This document shows positions 29,947-38,796 of a stretch of DNA of 55,635 nucleotides, piece after piece. The notes beneath the pieces were generated by a model that was not told where the DNA came from, ran no database searches, and saw only the letters and a program-made list of their open reading frames with translations. Each line of letters begins with the position of its first letter. The stretch's first letter is position 1. The position numbers and the translations under genes were made by a program. Source of the stretch: an uncultured Rhodothermales bacterium (GTDB lineage: Bacteria > Bacteroidota > Rhodothermia > Rhodothermales > VXPQ01); NCBI GenBank assembly GCA_964570345.1, contig CAZMXY010000006.1, positions 1 to 55,635 of the forward strand, read 5' to 3'.

Positions 29947-31446
29947 TCAAGTGCGATGTTCCTCGAGCTTCTCCGAGAGCAGTTTGCGAACCAGCTTCGG
30001 ATCCGGCGAGCCTTCGAAATTACGCATGACCTGGCCGATAAAGTACCCGATCAGCCCCTCTTTTCCACTGAGGTACGTCGCTACCTGCCCGGAATTCTCG
30101 CGAATCACTCGTTCGACGACCGGCCTCAGCGCGTTCTCATCCGATACTTGCCTCAGATTGCGTTCGGTCGCGAGATCGGACGGGGAGGTCGGAACTTCGA
30201 GCATCGCATCGAAGATTTCCTGCGCGGCGGACGAGCTGATCTCGTCAATCAGGCGCATGTGAACGAGCTCGGCGAGGCGCTCGGGCTCGATCGGGAAGTC
30301 TTCGACCGTGAGCGTCGACTCGTTCAATACCCGCAGGACGTCCGTCATGACGACGTTCGACACTGCTTTGGCCTGGGCGTGCGTGTTGCCGCCGCGCGTT
30401 CGAGAAAACACGGCTGAAAGCGTCGCTTCGAAGTAGTCGGCTATGGCGCGCTCTTCGGTGAGCAGGCGAGCGTCGTAGGCGGGCAAACCCCACTCGATCT
30501 GAAAGCGTCCGGCACGCACCTCGGGCATCTCCGGCAGATTCGCCCGCACCTTTTCGAGTAGCGGCTCGGTGACGATCATGGGCACGAGGTCCGGATCCGG
30601 GAAATAACGATAATCATGGGCTTCTTCCTTGCCGCGCATCGGGCGCGTTTCGTTGCGGTCGGCATCCCAGAGCAGCGTCTGCTGAACGACCCGGCCTCCC
30701 CCCTCCACCAACCGAATCTGCCGTGCGATCTCGTATTCGAGCGCCCGCTCGACGTTGCGGAAGGAGTTCATGTTCTTCACTTCGGTCTTCGTACCGAGCT
30801 CGGTCTGCCCTCTGAGACGAATGGACACGTTGGCGTCGCATCGGAGCGAACCTTCCTCCATGTTCCCGTCACAAACACCCAGATAGCGCACAATCTGGCG
30901 GATCTTCTGCACATAGAGGTAAGCCTCCCGTGGGGATCGGAGGTCCGGCTCGGAGACGATCTCGATCAGCGGCACTCCGCAGCGGTTAAAGTCCAGGAGC
31001 GTATCGTACGGATCCTGGTCGTGGAGCGACTTGCCCGCATCCTCTTCGATATGGATGCGCGTGAGTCCGATCCGTTTCGTACGCGGCGCGCCGTCGCCCT
31101 CCGATTCCTCCAAAACGATCTCGACGAAGCCGCCGTCACAAATCGGGGTCTCGTACTGGGAAATCTGGTAACCCTTGGGAAGATCGGGGTAAAAGTAGTG
31201 CTTGCGCGCGAAAACCGAGCGCTCGGCGACGTGGCATTGCGTCGCCAATCCGACGCGGATGGCAAATTCGACGACGCGCTCATTCAGGACGGGGAGCGTC
31301 CCGGGGTGACCGAGACTGATCGGATCTACGTGTGTGTTCGGCTCCGCTCCGAACTCGGCCGACTCCGGGCTGAACGCCTTCGACCGAGTCAGGAGCTGGC
31401 AGTGAACCTCGAGTCCGATGACGGGCTCGTACTTGTCGTGAACCAT
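29947..31446 (-). CDS. gatB: Asp-tRNA(Asn)/Glu-tRNA(Gln) amidotransferase subunit B
   Basis: 499 aa. YEPVIGLEVHCQL, HYFYPDLPKGYQISQ, RIHIEEDAGK, CDANVSIR, and a C-terminal GatB/YqeY tail (LIGYFIGQVMR). Confidence 0.95.
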   Translation of the reverse strand: MVHDKYEPVIGLEVHCQLLTRSKAFSPESAEFGAEPNTHVDPISLGHPGTLPVLNERVVEFAIRVGLATQCHVAERSVFARKHYFYPDLPKGYQISQYETPICDGGFVEIVLEESEGDGAPRTKRIGLTRIHIEEDAGKSLHDQDPYDTLLDFNRCGVPLIEIVSEPDLRSPREAYLYVQKIRQIVRYLGVCDGNMEEGSLRCDANVSIRLRGQTELGTKTEVKNMNSFRNVERALEYEIARQIRLVEGGGRVVQQTLLWDADRNETRPMRGKEEAHDYRYFPDPDLVPMIVTEPLLEKVRANLPEMPEVRAGRFQIEWGLPAYDARLLTEERAIADYFEATLSAVFSRTRGGNTHAQAKAVSNVVMTDVLRVLNESTLTVEDFPIEPERLAELVHMRLIDEISSSAAQEIFDAMLEVPTSPSDLATERNLRQVSDENALRPVVERVIRENSGQVATYLSGKEGLIGYFIGQVMRNFEGSPDPKLVRKLLSEKLEEHRT

Positions 31447-31729
31447 GAAAGCGAGTTATGTTCGAGAATCATCGACAAAATACGACGCATCGACCACAGG
31501 CGATCGGCGAGCGACTCCGTTGGAAGCGCCCGCGCTGTGCATGTCAATCGTGCCGCGCCGTTTGTACCGGACGTTTCGTTCAGAGTTCGACCGGAGAGCA
31601 ATCGGCCGCCTCTGGCGTGCCGAGGAGAACCAGCCCCGGCTTGTCGGCGTGAACCGCCATGTTGGAAGCGCCACATCGGGCGCCTCAGATTCACGCCCTT
31701 TCCCCGGCAACAGACGGTGCCTTCAAGGC

Positions 31730-32233
31730 ATGGAAAGCATGCGATTTGCTGGAATTAAACGGCGCGGCGTCTACGTCGCAATCCTACCGACCATCCTCAT
31801 CCTCGCCGCCGTCGGCTGCACGCAAGGGGATCAGCCCGATCAACCGGAGCAGCCGACGCATGACCGGCGTGCGTTCGGGGATGCTTATCGCATCGTCACG
31901 AACGAATTTCCGGCGCTGCCGGATGACCCTCCGGCGCTCATCTCGGACACGCTTTCGGTTCACGTGTCCTACCCGGGAGGCTGCGAAAATCATCGATTCG
32001 ATTTCGAATACGAATCGGAGGCCGATACGACGCGCCTGTGGATCTTTCATCGAGACGGGGGCGATTCGTGCGAGGAGCAGGTGTTCGAGCGGCTCGAATT
32101 CCCGCTCCCCGAGAGCGCTCTGCAATCAGGCACGATCGTCCTCCTCAACCCGAATCACGACGTTCCGTTCGTCTTGAGGTGGGGAACTACGTCGCCGGCC
32201 GCGACTGGGGCTGCCTCGCGAACCGATCGGTGA
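31730..32233 (+). CDS. Hypothetical lipoprotein
   Basis: The track ORF from 31445 is over-extended. The ATG at 31730 (or 31739) gives the signal plus lipobox VAILPTILILAAVGC. The mature part has paired Cys (YPGGCENHRF, GGDSCEEQVF). Its 3' end overlaps convergent bcp by 47 nt. Confidence 0.55.
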   Translation: MESMRFAGIKRRGVYVAILPTILILAAVGCTQGDQPDQPEQPTHDRRAFGDAYRIVTNEFPALPDDPPALISDTLSVHVSYPGGCENHRFDFEYESEADTTRLWIFHRDGGDSCEEQVFERLEFPLPESALQSGTIVLLNPNHDVPFVLRWGTTSPAATGAASRTDR

Positions 32234-32693
32234 TCTCCGACGCGTGATCCGCCACCTTGGGCCGTCTGATCACGTCGCGAACGACGCCGTCTTCGTCAAT
32301 GAGAAACGTCGTACGGTTTATGCCGAGAAACGTACGTCCATAGAGTTTCTTCTCGCCCCACACGCCGTACTTCCGCAGTATTTCCCGATCGGGATCGGCT
32401 ACGAGGGGAAATGGGAGGTCATATTTGTCGGCAAACTCCTTGTGCGATTTGACGTCGTCTCCCGAAACGCCGATCACGGCGATGTCGCCCTTCCCGAGAT
32501 ACGCGTATTCGTCACGTAGATTGCACGCCTGCTTCGTGCACCCCGACGTGTCATCTTTCGGGTAGAAATAAAGGGCCACCTTCCTCCCCCGGTAATCGCT
32601 GAGACGTATGACGTCGCCCGACTGTGTTACGCCTTCGAAATCAGGTGCGAGCTCGCCGGGTTCGGGCATTCCATTCTTCACGTTATCGGCCAT
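32187..32693 (-). CDS. bcp: Thiol peroxidase Bcp (peroxiredoxin Q family)
   Basis: YFYPKDDTSGCTKQACNLRD carries the peroxidatic Cys, with the resolving Cys 5 residues later as in Bcp. Confidence 0.85.
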   Translation of the reverse strand: MADNVKNGMPEPGELAPDFEGVTQSGDVIRLSDYRGRKVALYFYPKDDTSGCTKQACNLRDEYAYLGKGDIAVIGVSGDDVKSHKEFADKYDLPFPLVADPDREILRKYGVWGEKKLYGRTFLGINRTTFLIDEDGVVRDVIRRPKVADHASEITDRFARQPQSRPAT

Positions 32694-32717
32694 TGCCTTT
32701 CTGTTTTTGACGTGGTG

Positions 32718-34781
32718 TCAGTAGTCCAGCAGCCGGTCGAGAGCCGTCTTCAGCTTTGATTCGGCCGAATATACGTCCTTTTCCAGCTGCGTAGAAAAAG
32801 GTACGGGAAAATTTTCGGCACCCACGCGGATGGGTGGCGCATCCAGCCATTCGAAGCCCTTCTCCGTAATCTCGGATGCTATCTCCCCTCCGAAACCACC
32901 GGTCCTGTGCGCTTCGTGCAAGACGAGAAGCCTGCCGGTCTTCTTCACCGATGACATCAGGGCGTCCTCGTCCCACGGCACGAGCGTACGCAGGTCGATG
33001 ACTTCGATCGATCGCCCGTCGTCACCGGCACGTTCGGCCTCGTCGAGCGCCCAGTGCACGCCGAGGCCCCACGTGACGATCGTGGCGTCCGTTCCCTCAC
33101 GCGCCACGCGAGCCCGGCCGATTTCGATCTCGTAGAGTCCATCCGGAACGCTTCCTTTCAACGCGCGATAGAGGAATTTGTGTTCGAGGAAAATCACCGG
33201 ATTCGGCTCCCGGATCGCCGCAATAAGCAGGCCCTTGGCGTCTTCCGGCGTGGCCGGGATGACGACCTTAAGGCCCGGGACGTGACCGAACCAAGCTTCC
33301 ATGGACTGTGAGTGAAACGGACCCGCCCCGATGTTTCCGCCGAAAGGGGCCCGTATCGTGACGTTCACCGGACGACCCCATCGATAGTGGGTCGTGGCCA
33401 AATTGTTCACGATCTGATTGAAGCCGCACGCGATGAAGTCGGCGTACTGGATCTCTACCACGGGCACGAAGCCTTCAAGCGACAGACCGAGTGCGGCACC
33501 GATAACGCCGCTTTCCATGATGGGCGTGTTCCGGACGCGATCTCTACCGAAGCGATCGACGAATCCCTTCGTCACTTTGAAGACGCCGCCGTATTCGGCG
33601 ACGTCCTGTCCCATGATCAGCACGTGTTCGTCCGCGTCCATCGCCTCGCGCAGGCCCTCCGACACGGCGTCGATAAAGCGTTTCTCGGACCGTCGACCCT
33701 TGGGAGCAGCAGGAGGACCGGGCGATGGGGCCCAGCGGTCGGCACGCTCCGCGTCGAGCGTGCTCCGCTGCTCCGGTTGGGCCAGTGCATACTCGGCCGT
33801 CTCCTCGACGAGTGCGCGGAGCTCCTCACGAATGACGCCCAGCTCTTCCGTCGTGAGGCTTCCTTCGGCCAGTAGGCGCTCTTCGAGACGGCGAATCGGG
33901 TCCCTCGGGGACCACTCTTCGAAGCGCTCCCGGGGCACATACCAGGTACCGGAAGCTTCCTCGTGACCACGCATCCGGAAGGTCTTCATCTCGAGAAGCG
34001 TGGGCCCTTCTCCGTCGCGGCCGCGCCGTATCGCGCGGCGCACGGCTTCGATGACGGCAGCGACGTCGTTCCCGTCGACGACTTCACCGGCGATGCCGTA
34101 GCCCGCGGCCGCTGAGGCAATGTCTTCGACCGGAATGGCCTCGCTGGCCGGTGTCGAGAGGCCGTAGCCGTTGTTCTCGACGACGAAAATCACCGGCAGC
34201 TTCCATATCGCCCCCAGACTGAGTGCCTCATGAAAATCACCCTCCCGAGTGCCGCCGTCACCGGCGAAGGCAAGCGCAACGAAATCTTCGCCCTTCAGAC
34301 GAGCCGACAGTCCCAATCCGCACGCGACGGGCAACATAGCCGCCATGTGCGAGATCATTCCGATGATCCGCTTTTCGGGCAGTCCGAAGTGATACGTTCG
34401 ATCGCGACCTTTGGTAAATCCACCGGACTTGCCCATGAGCTGGCAGAATAGCGGCTTCAGCGGGACGCCGCGCGTCGTCCATACGCCCGTGTTTCGATGC
34501 ATCGGGAGCACGTAGTCTTGCTCGCGAAGCGCCCAGGTGCATCCCACGGCAACGGCTTCCTGGCCGTAGCCGCTAAACCACTTCGAGACGCGACCCTGAC
34601 GAATGAGCCGGAGCATCTTCTCCTCGATGGCACGCGGCAGCAGCAGCGCCCGGTAAAGCGTAAGGGTGTCGGCCGCAGTAGTTGCAGAATGTTCCATCTG
34701 TAGCTCTGGCGAAGAAACGCAATGAGCGACCGGGCGGCGCAGGATCGGTAGCATGACGACGGACGCGCCGCTCCGACTCAT
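32718..34781 (-). CDS. Fused 2-oxoacid dehydrogenase E1 component (alpha plus beta subunits in one chain)
   Basis: 687 aa. The alpha part has the TPP motif GDGGTREGDFHEALSLGAIWKLPVIFVVENNGYG. The beta part has transketolase-like pyrimidine-binding and C-terminal domains (VRNTPIMESGVIGAALG, EHKFLYR, IEVIDLRTLVPWD). The ATG at 34781 overlaps the upstream stop (ATGA). An internal ATG at 34697 is the alternative. Confidence 0.85.
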   Translation of the reverse strand: MSRSGASVVMLPILRRPVAHCVSSPELQMEHSATTAADTLTLYRALLLPRAIEEKMLRLIRQGRVSKWFSGYGQEAVAVGCTWALREQDYVLPMHRNTGVWTTRGVPLKPLFCQLMGKSGGFTKGRDRTYHFGLPEKRIIGMISHMAAMLPVACGLGLSARLKGEDFVALAFAGDGGTREGDFHEALSLGAIWKLPVIFVVENNGYGLSTPASEAIPVEDIASAAAGYGIAGEVVDGNDVAAVIEAVRRAIRRGRDGEGPTLLEMKTFRMRGHEEASGTWYVPRERFEEWSPRDPIRRLEERLLAEGSLTTEELGVIREELRALVEETAEYALAQPEQRSTLDAERADRWAPSPGPPAAPKGRRSEKRFIDAVSEGLREAMDADEHVLIMGQDVAEYGGVFKVTKGFVDRFGRDRVRNTPIMESGVIGAALGLSLEGFVPVVEIQYADFIACGFNQIVNNLATTHYRWGRPVNVTIRAPFGGNIGAGPFHSQSMEAWFGHVPGLKVVIPATPEDAKGLLIAAIREPNPVIFLEHKFLYRALKGSVPDGLYEIEIGRARVAREGTDATIVTWGLGVHWALDEAERAGDDGRSIEVIDLRTLVPWDEDALMSSVKKTGRLLVLHEAHRTGGFGGEIASEITEKGFEWLDAPPIRVGAENFPVPFSTQLEKDVYSAESKLKTALDRLLDY

Positions 34782-36235
34782 TGCCCCTTTCCGAGGAGAG
34801 TCGTCCTGATCGTCCGAAACAATATCTTAAAGTCCATCCGCAGATTGACGTTCTCGATATAGAAGAGATCGTACTTGACCTTCTGGCGGACGTCGTCCAG
34901 GCTGGTGTCGTACTTCCACTTCACCTGTGCCCAGCCGGTGATGCCCGGCTTGACGCGGTGCCGCCGGCTGTAGAGTGGAATCTCCTCGGACAGTTTTTCC
35001 ACGAAGAACGGCCGCTCCGGACGCGGCCCGACGAGACTCATGTCCCCCTTCAAGACGTTCCAAAATTGCGGAATCTCATCGAGACGCGCCTTGCGAAGCC
35101 ATCTACCAAGTTGCGTATACCTCGGATCGTTCTCGCGCGCCCAGACCGGACCCGAATGCGCCTCGGCATCCTCGAGCATGGTTCGGAATTTGAGCATCGT
35201 GAACGACCGTCCGTGTTGGCCGACTCGCTTTTGACGGTAGATTGCCGTTCCGGTAGAGGTCATTCGGATGAGGATGGCGATGGCGATCCAGACCGGTGCG
35301 CCGGCCAATAGCACCGTCGAGGAGACGACGATGTCGATCAGCCGCTTGGTGCTCTGCTCCCATGCCGGCATCGGCTCCGGCAGCACTTCGATCAATGGCA
35401 GGCCGTACATGTGCTCCGTACGCGCCATGCCGCCGATGATGGTGTAGAAATCCGGGATCAGCTTGAGGGAAACCGCCTTACCGTCACAGAGGTGGAGGAC
35501 GTCCATCAAGGGTCCGTGCTCTTCGGACCCCAACGCGATGAGCACGTCCTGCACTTTCAGTTCGTCGATCAAGCGCGGCAGCGCTTCGATTGAATGAAGG
35601 TCTCGGTCTGCCGCCGCACGGGAGAAGACGTCGTCACCGTTCCCGATCGCAAAATGTGCGCGCGCACCGGCGGCCACGGGCTCGGCCGGCTCGTCCTGTC
35701 GTCGCATTCGAATGGCGCCGACAATCTGGAGTCCGGCCTCGGGATAACGGCCAATCTCGTCGTACACCTGTTCGACGCGATCACTCCAGCCGACGATCAA
35801 AGCGCGGTGCAGGCCCTTGCCGCGCAGAATGAGCGATTTCTGAATGGACCGGACGATGATCCGGCCGACGGCCACGAACGAATACACCGCAATCCAGAAG
35901 AAAAAGACCGTGCTCCGACCCGCACCCGGTCGAAGGGATTCGATAAAGATGGCGAACACGAGGATGAGTACGCCCACGGTGACGACTTTGGCGAGCGAAA
36001 CGAGCTCGTCGAATCGGCTGTCCGCATAACGTTCACGATACATCCCGAAAAAGAAGAACAGGCACAGCCAGAAGATCGTGAACACGACGACGGGGGCGAC
36101 GAGCGTGGCCGGCCAACTCTCCGGCTGGTCGAACCACTGCCACTCGAAGCGCGCGACATAATAGAGAACGGTGGCCGCGGCGAATGCGAGCGTGTCGGCC
36201 AGAAGCAGTGCTATGAGTTCGGTTCTCCGTGACAC
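34778..36235 (-). CDS. Polyprenyl glycosylphosphotransferase (WbaP/EpsB-type initiating sugar transferase)
   Basis: 485 aa, GTG start. There are 4-5 N-terminal TM helices and a central nucleotide-binding-like domain. The C-terminal bacterial sugar-transferase domain has KRLIDIVVSS..., RQKRVGQHGRSFTMLKFRTM, DEIPQFWNVLKGDMSLVGPRPE. Confidence 0.85.
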   Translation of the reverse strand: MSRRTELIALLLADTLAFAAATVLYYVARFEWQWFDQPESWPATLVAPVVVFTIFWLCLFFFFGMYRERYADSRFDELVSLAKVVTVGVLILVFAIFIESLRPGAGRSTVFFFWIAVYSFVAVGRIIVRSIQKSLILRGKGLHRALIVGWSDRVEQVYDEIGRYPEAGLQIVGAIRMRRQDEPAEPVAAGARAHFAIGNGDDVFSRAAADRDLHSIEALPRLIDELKVQDVLIALGSEEHGPLMDVLHLCDGKAVSLKLIPDFYTIIGGMARTEHMYGLPLIEVLPEPMPAWEQSTKRLIDIVVSSTVLLAGAPVWIAIAILIRMTSTGTAIYRQKRVGQHGRSFTMLKFRTMLEDAEAHSGPVWARENDPRYTQLGRWLRKARLDEIPQFWNVLKGDMSLVGPRPERPFFVEKLSEEIPLYSRRHRVKPGITGWAQVKWKYDTSLDDVRQKVKYDLFYIENVNLRMDFKILFRTIRTTLLGKGQ

Positions 36236-36546
36236 GAAGCAGCCGTCTCTCTACCAGAGGAATTGCGAAAGATGCAGATTGAGTGGTAGCGGAGAAGTCG
36301 GCTGCCTTACATGGAGTTGATTCGCAAAGGTTTCGATTCGGTGAACATATCTACTGGGCCGAACCGAAGCAAGAGAATTGCACAGTCTCTCCCCGGGACC
36401 GACGTCCGAAGCTCCTTTGGCTAACCCGGTGTGAGAACGGCCGGCGCGGCCGTCCGACGGGCCTCCGCTCCGGCATGGCATCTTCCCGACTCGCGGACTA
36501 ACTTCCGACGCGATTCAATCTCCGGTTCGATCCAACCAACTCTCCG

Positions 36547-38142
36547 ATGACCCGAAAACACCGGCACGTTTTGTTTTGCGTGATCGTCTGGGCAACCGTT
36601 AGGCCGACGGCTGCGCAGGAGCACACGTTCATTCCGGTGGACGATTGGGCGTACGTCTACGTCGAGCGGCTCCAGCGCCGTGGGCATCTCCTCGAGCTCA
36701 ATCCTACCGCCCTGCCGTACACGCGCGGCGCGGTCCGAGCGGCGCTTCGGCGCATCGACGCCGGCCGACTCGCGGTCTCCGAGAAGCGATGGCTTGATCT
36801 GCTGCGCTCCGAATTTCGAACCGCAGGTCGGCGAACGCATCGACGAGGGGGAGACGGTACGCGGGCCGGAGTAGAGCTCGACGTGGGCATGCGAGGCTCG
36901 TCGGGCGAACGACTGGACGTCCTCCGGCCCGAAGCCCCGACCGATCCTCACTTAAATGCCGGATTGAACCTCTTCCCGAATGCCGGCCTTCACGGCTATC
37001 TCGAACGGGGACGTGCCGTCGCGCGCGGCGGCCTCCGATTCGACCTGTATTACCGGGACGATCCCGACGGTCTCGACGCCGCGAACCGGCTCATTACGCG
37101 CAATGACGAATCCTATCTGGGCTACGACGGCCGTTTCGCGTCAGTCTATCTCGGGCGTTTCGGTCGACACTGGGGGCTGCACGGACAGCCGGCGACGATG
37201 CTGAGCCGGAACCCCGTGAGCATGGATCAGCTCGCGTTGCGCCTCGGCGGCGAGACTCTGGCTTGGTATGGGCTATTGGGCGAACTCGACAGCGCGACGC
37301 CGGATGGACGATTCACCGGCACCGCCGGCGCCGACAGCGTCGGCGGTAGTATTCGTCGCTATCTGGCGACCCATCGCGTCGATTGGCGGCCGTCTCGACG
37401 GTTCGGGTTGACCGTCATGGAATCCGCACTCTACTCGGGTCCGAACGCCGGCATCTCCGTGAAATTCCTCAATCCCCTGCTGATCCACGTTTTTTCCGTC
37501 GACGGACGGCCCAAAAACGACGAGAACAACGGCCTGGTAGCCGGATTGCTTTGGGCACGGCTCGGCGACTGGACGACTACGTGGCAGCTCATGCTCGATG
37601 ACTTCGACCTCCTCGGTGAGACCGGGGAGCCGGCTGCCGCGGCGATCACGGGCTCGCTGATCTACGCCGGCTGGGCGTGGGCTGACGTAGGGGCAACGGT
37701 TGCGGCCGTGACGGCGCGGGCCTACAATACGCATCAGCCCGAAGGCCGTTATCTGTATCTGAATCGAGGCCTGGCGACGCAATTCAACGATTTCATTCAC
37801 GTCTCGGCGTTCGCGCCGCTCTACCTCGATCACGTGCTGCCCGGTGTCACTGCGATGCCGAAAGTGGACGTCCTGCTTCAAGGCGAGGCGAAACTCAACG
37901 AGCCGTTCCCCGGGGACGACGTCGGTCTCATATTACATGGCACGACCGAAAGAACCATACGGCCCGGACTCGAGGTCCGGCTGCAGTCGCATCGCAGCTG
38001 GTGGATCCGGATGGACGTCGGGCCGAATCTCGTCTCGAATTCGGCCCACCTAGGTGGACTTGATGCAACGAAATGGACATTTCTGGTCGAATTCGGTGCC
38101 AGCGTCCGCCTGGATCGCGGCCTCCGTCTATCCTTTCGATAA
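36547..38142 (+). CDS. Outer-membrane beta-barrel protein, possibly capsule-assembly Wzi family (tentative)
   Basis: 531 aa. Signal peptide VLFCVIVWATVRPTAAQE. The N-terminal helical segment DDWAYVYVERLQRRGHLLEL resembles the Y-x-x-L-x-R-L pattern I associate with Wzi-like proteins. It is followed by a long alternating beta-strand region. The Wzi call is memory-based, not searched. Confidence 0.65.
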   Translation: MTRKHRHVLFCVIVWATVRPTAAQEHTFIPVDDWAYVYVERLQRRGHLLELNPTALPYTRGAVRAALRRIDAGRLAVSEKRWLDLLRSEFRTAGRRTHRRGGDGTRAGVELDVGMRGSSGERLDVLRPEAPTDPHLNAGLNLFPNAGLHGYLERGRAVARGGLRFDLYYRDDPDGLDAANRLITRNDESYLGYDGRFASVYLGRFGRHWGLHGQPATMLSRNPVSMDQLALRLGGETLAWYGLLGELDSATPDGRFTGTAGADSVGGSIRRYLATHRVDWRPSRRFGLTVMESALYSGPNAGISVKFLNPLLIHVFSVDGRPKNDENNGLVAGLLWARLGDWTTTWQLMLDDFDLLGETGEPAAAAITGSLIYAGWAWADVGATVAAVTARAYNTHQPEGRYLYLNRGLATQFNDFIHVSAFAPLYLDHVLPGVTAMPKVDVLLQGEAKLNEPFPGDDVGLILHGTTERTIRPGLEVRLQSHRSWWIRMDVGPNLVSNSAHLGGLDATKWTFLVEFGASVRLDRGLRLSFR

Positions 38143-38184
38143 ACAGGTTCCTTTTCCGTACCACGAACTCATTCGGCTCGACCC

Positions 38185-38796
38185 GTGAACGTGACCGGTT
38201 CCTCCATCCAACGCGTGTGGCGGTCCCTCGTGGTCGCGCTCCTGACGTGCGCTCCGGTCGTCGGCTACGGCCAGGAGCCCTTCTCGAGGATCGAGATCTC
38301 CGCAGGCGGCACGTTCAACGTGAAAGAGGGCAACCTGACCGAGCGCAGAATCCACGATTATTGGAAACCGGGCTACGGCGGCGAGCTGTCGTTCATGACC
38401 CCGTTTTATTTTGGAGACGCCGAGGCGGCCGCGGCCGTTCATCGATACGAGTCCCTCACGACCGACGTCCCGAGCTTCGATGCCATCCTCGTGTATTTCG
38501 GATGGGGATACGACTGGGAGTTCTTTCCCGGCGTCTCGTGGTACAACGGCCTGCGCCTGGGCAACAATCGGATGACCTTCGACGATGACACGTTTCCGGG
38601 CGTAAGAAACGAGAGTGAGTTCTCAATAGCCGCGCAGACCCGTGCCACGATACATTTTTTTCAAAATACGGGTGTGTTCGCCTCCGCGCAGATTGCCCAG
38701 ACCTATACGTATATCCGGTTTCGTGCGGTGTACGTGTCGGCCGGAGTGACCACGTCGCTTTCTACGCCCGGCTGGCTGCAGTCTCTGATGCGATGA
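38185..38796 (+). CDS. Small outer-membrane beta-barrel-like protein
   Basis: 203 aa or less. In-frame GTG starts occur at 38185, 38191 and 38215. The last gives the signal WRSLVVALLTCAPVVGYG/QE. Alternating aromatic/hydrophilic strands (ELSFMTPFYFG, ILVYFGWGYDWEFF, YTYIRFRAVYVSAG). Confidence 0.6.
   Translation: MNVTGSSIQRVWRSLVVALLTCAPVVGYGQEPFSRIEISAGGTFNVKEGNLTERRIHDYWKPGYGGELSFMTPFYFGDAEAAAAVHRYESLTTDVPSFDAILVYFGWGYDWEFFPGVSWYNGLRLGNNRMTFDDDTFPGVRNESEFSIAAQTRATIHFFQNTGVFASAQIAQTYTYIRFRAVYVSAGVTTSLSTPGWLQSLMR

Noticed and set aside
28480-30417. 645-aa plus-strand ORF
   Set aside because: It is antisense to three well-supported genes (GWxTD paralog 2, tpiA, gatB). Its composition is dominated by R/H/D/G and it has no motifs. 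This is a typical open antisense frame in high-GC DNA.
30616-31758. 380-aa plus-strand ORF; similar cases at 23791..24810, 40995..41777 and 10809..11501
   Set aside because: They are antisense to gatB, the GH3 fusion, tonB and groEL respectively. All lack motifs and are best explained as GC-driven open frames.
36500-36546. GGTTCGATCC string resembling a tRNA T-loop
   Set aside because: The flanking bases do not form a T-stem (CTCCG versus CAACC are not complementary). No acceptor or anticodon arms can be drawn. It lies in the promoter region upstream of the Wzi-like gene.
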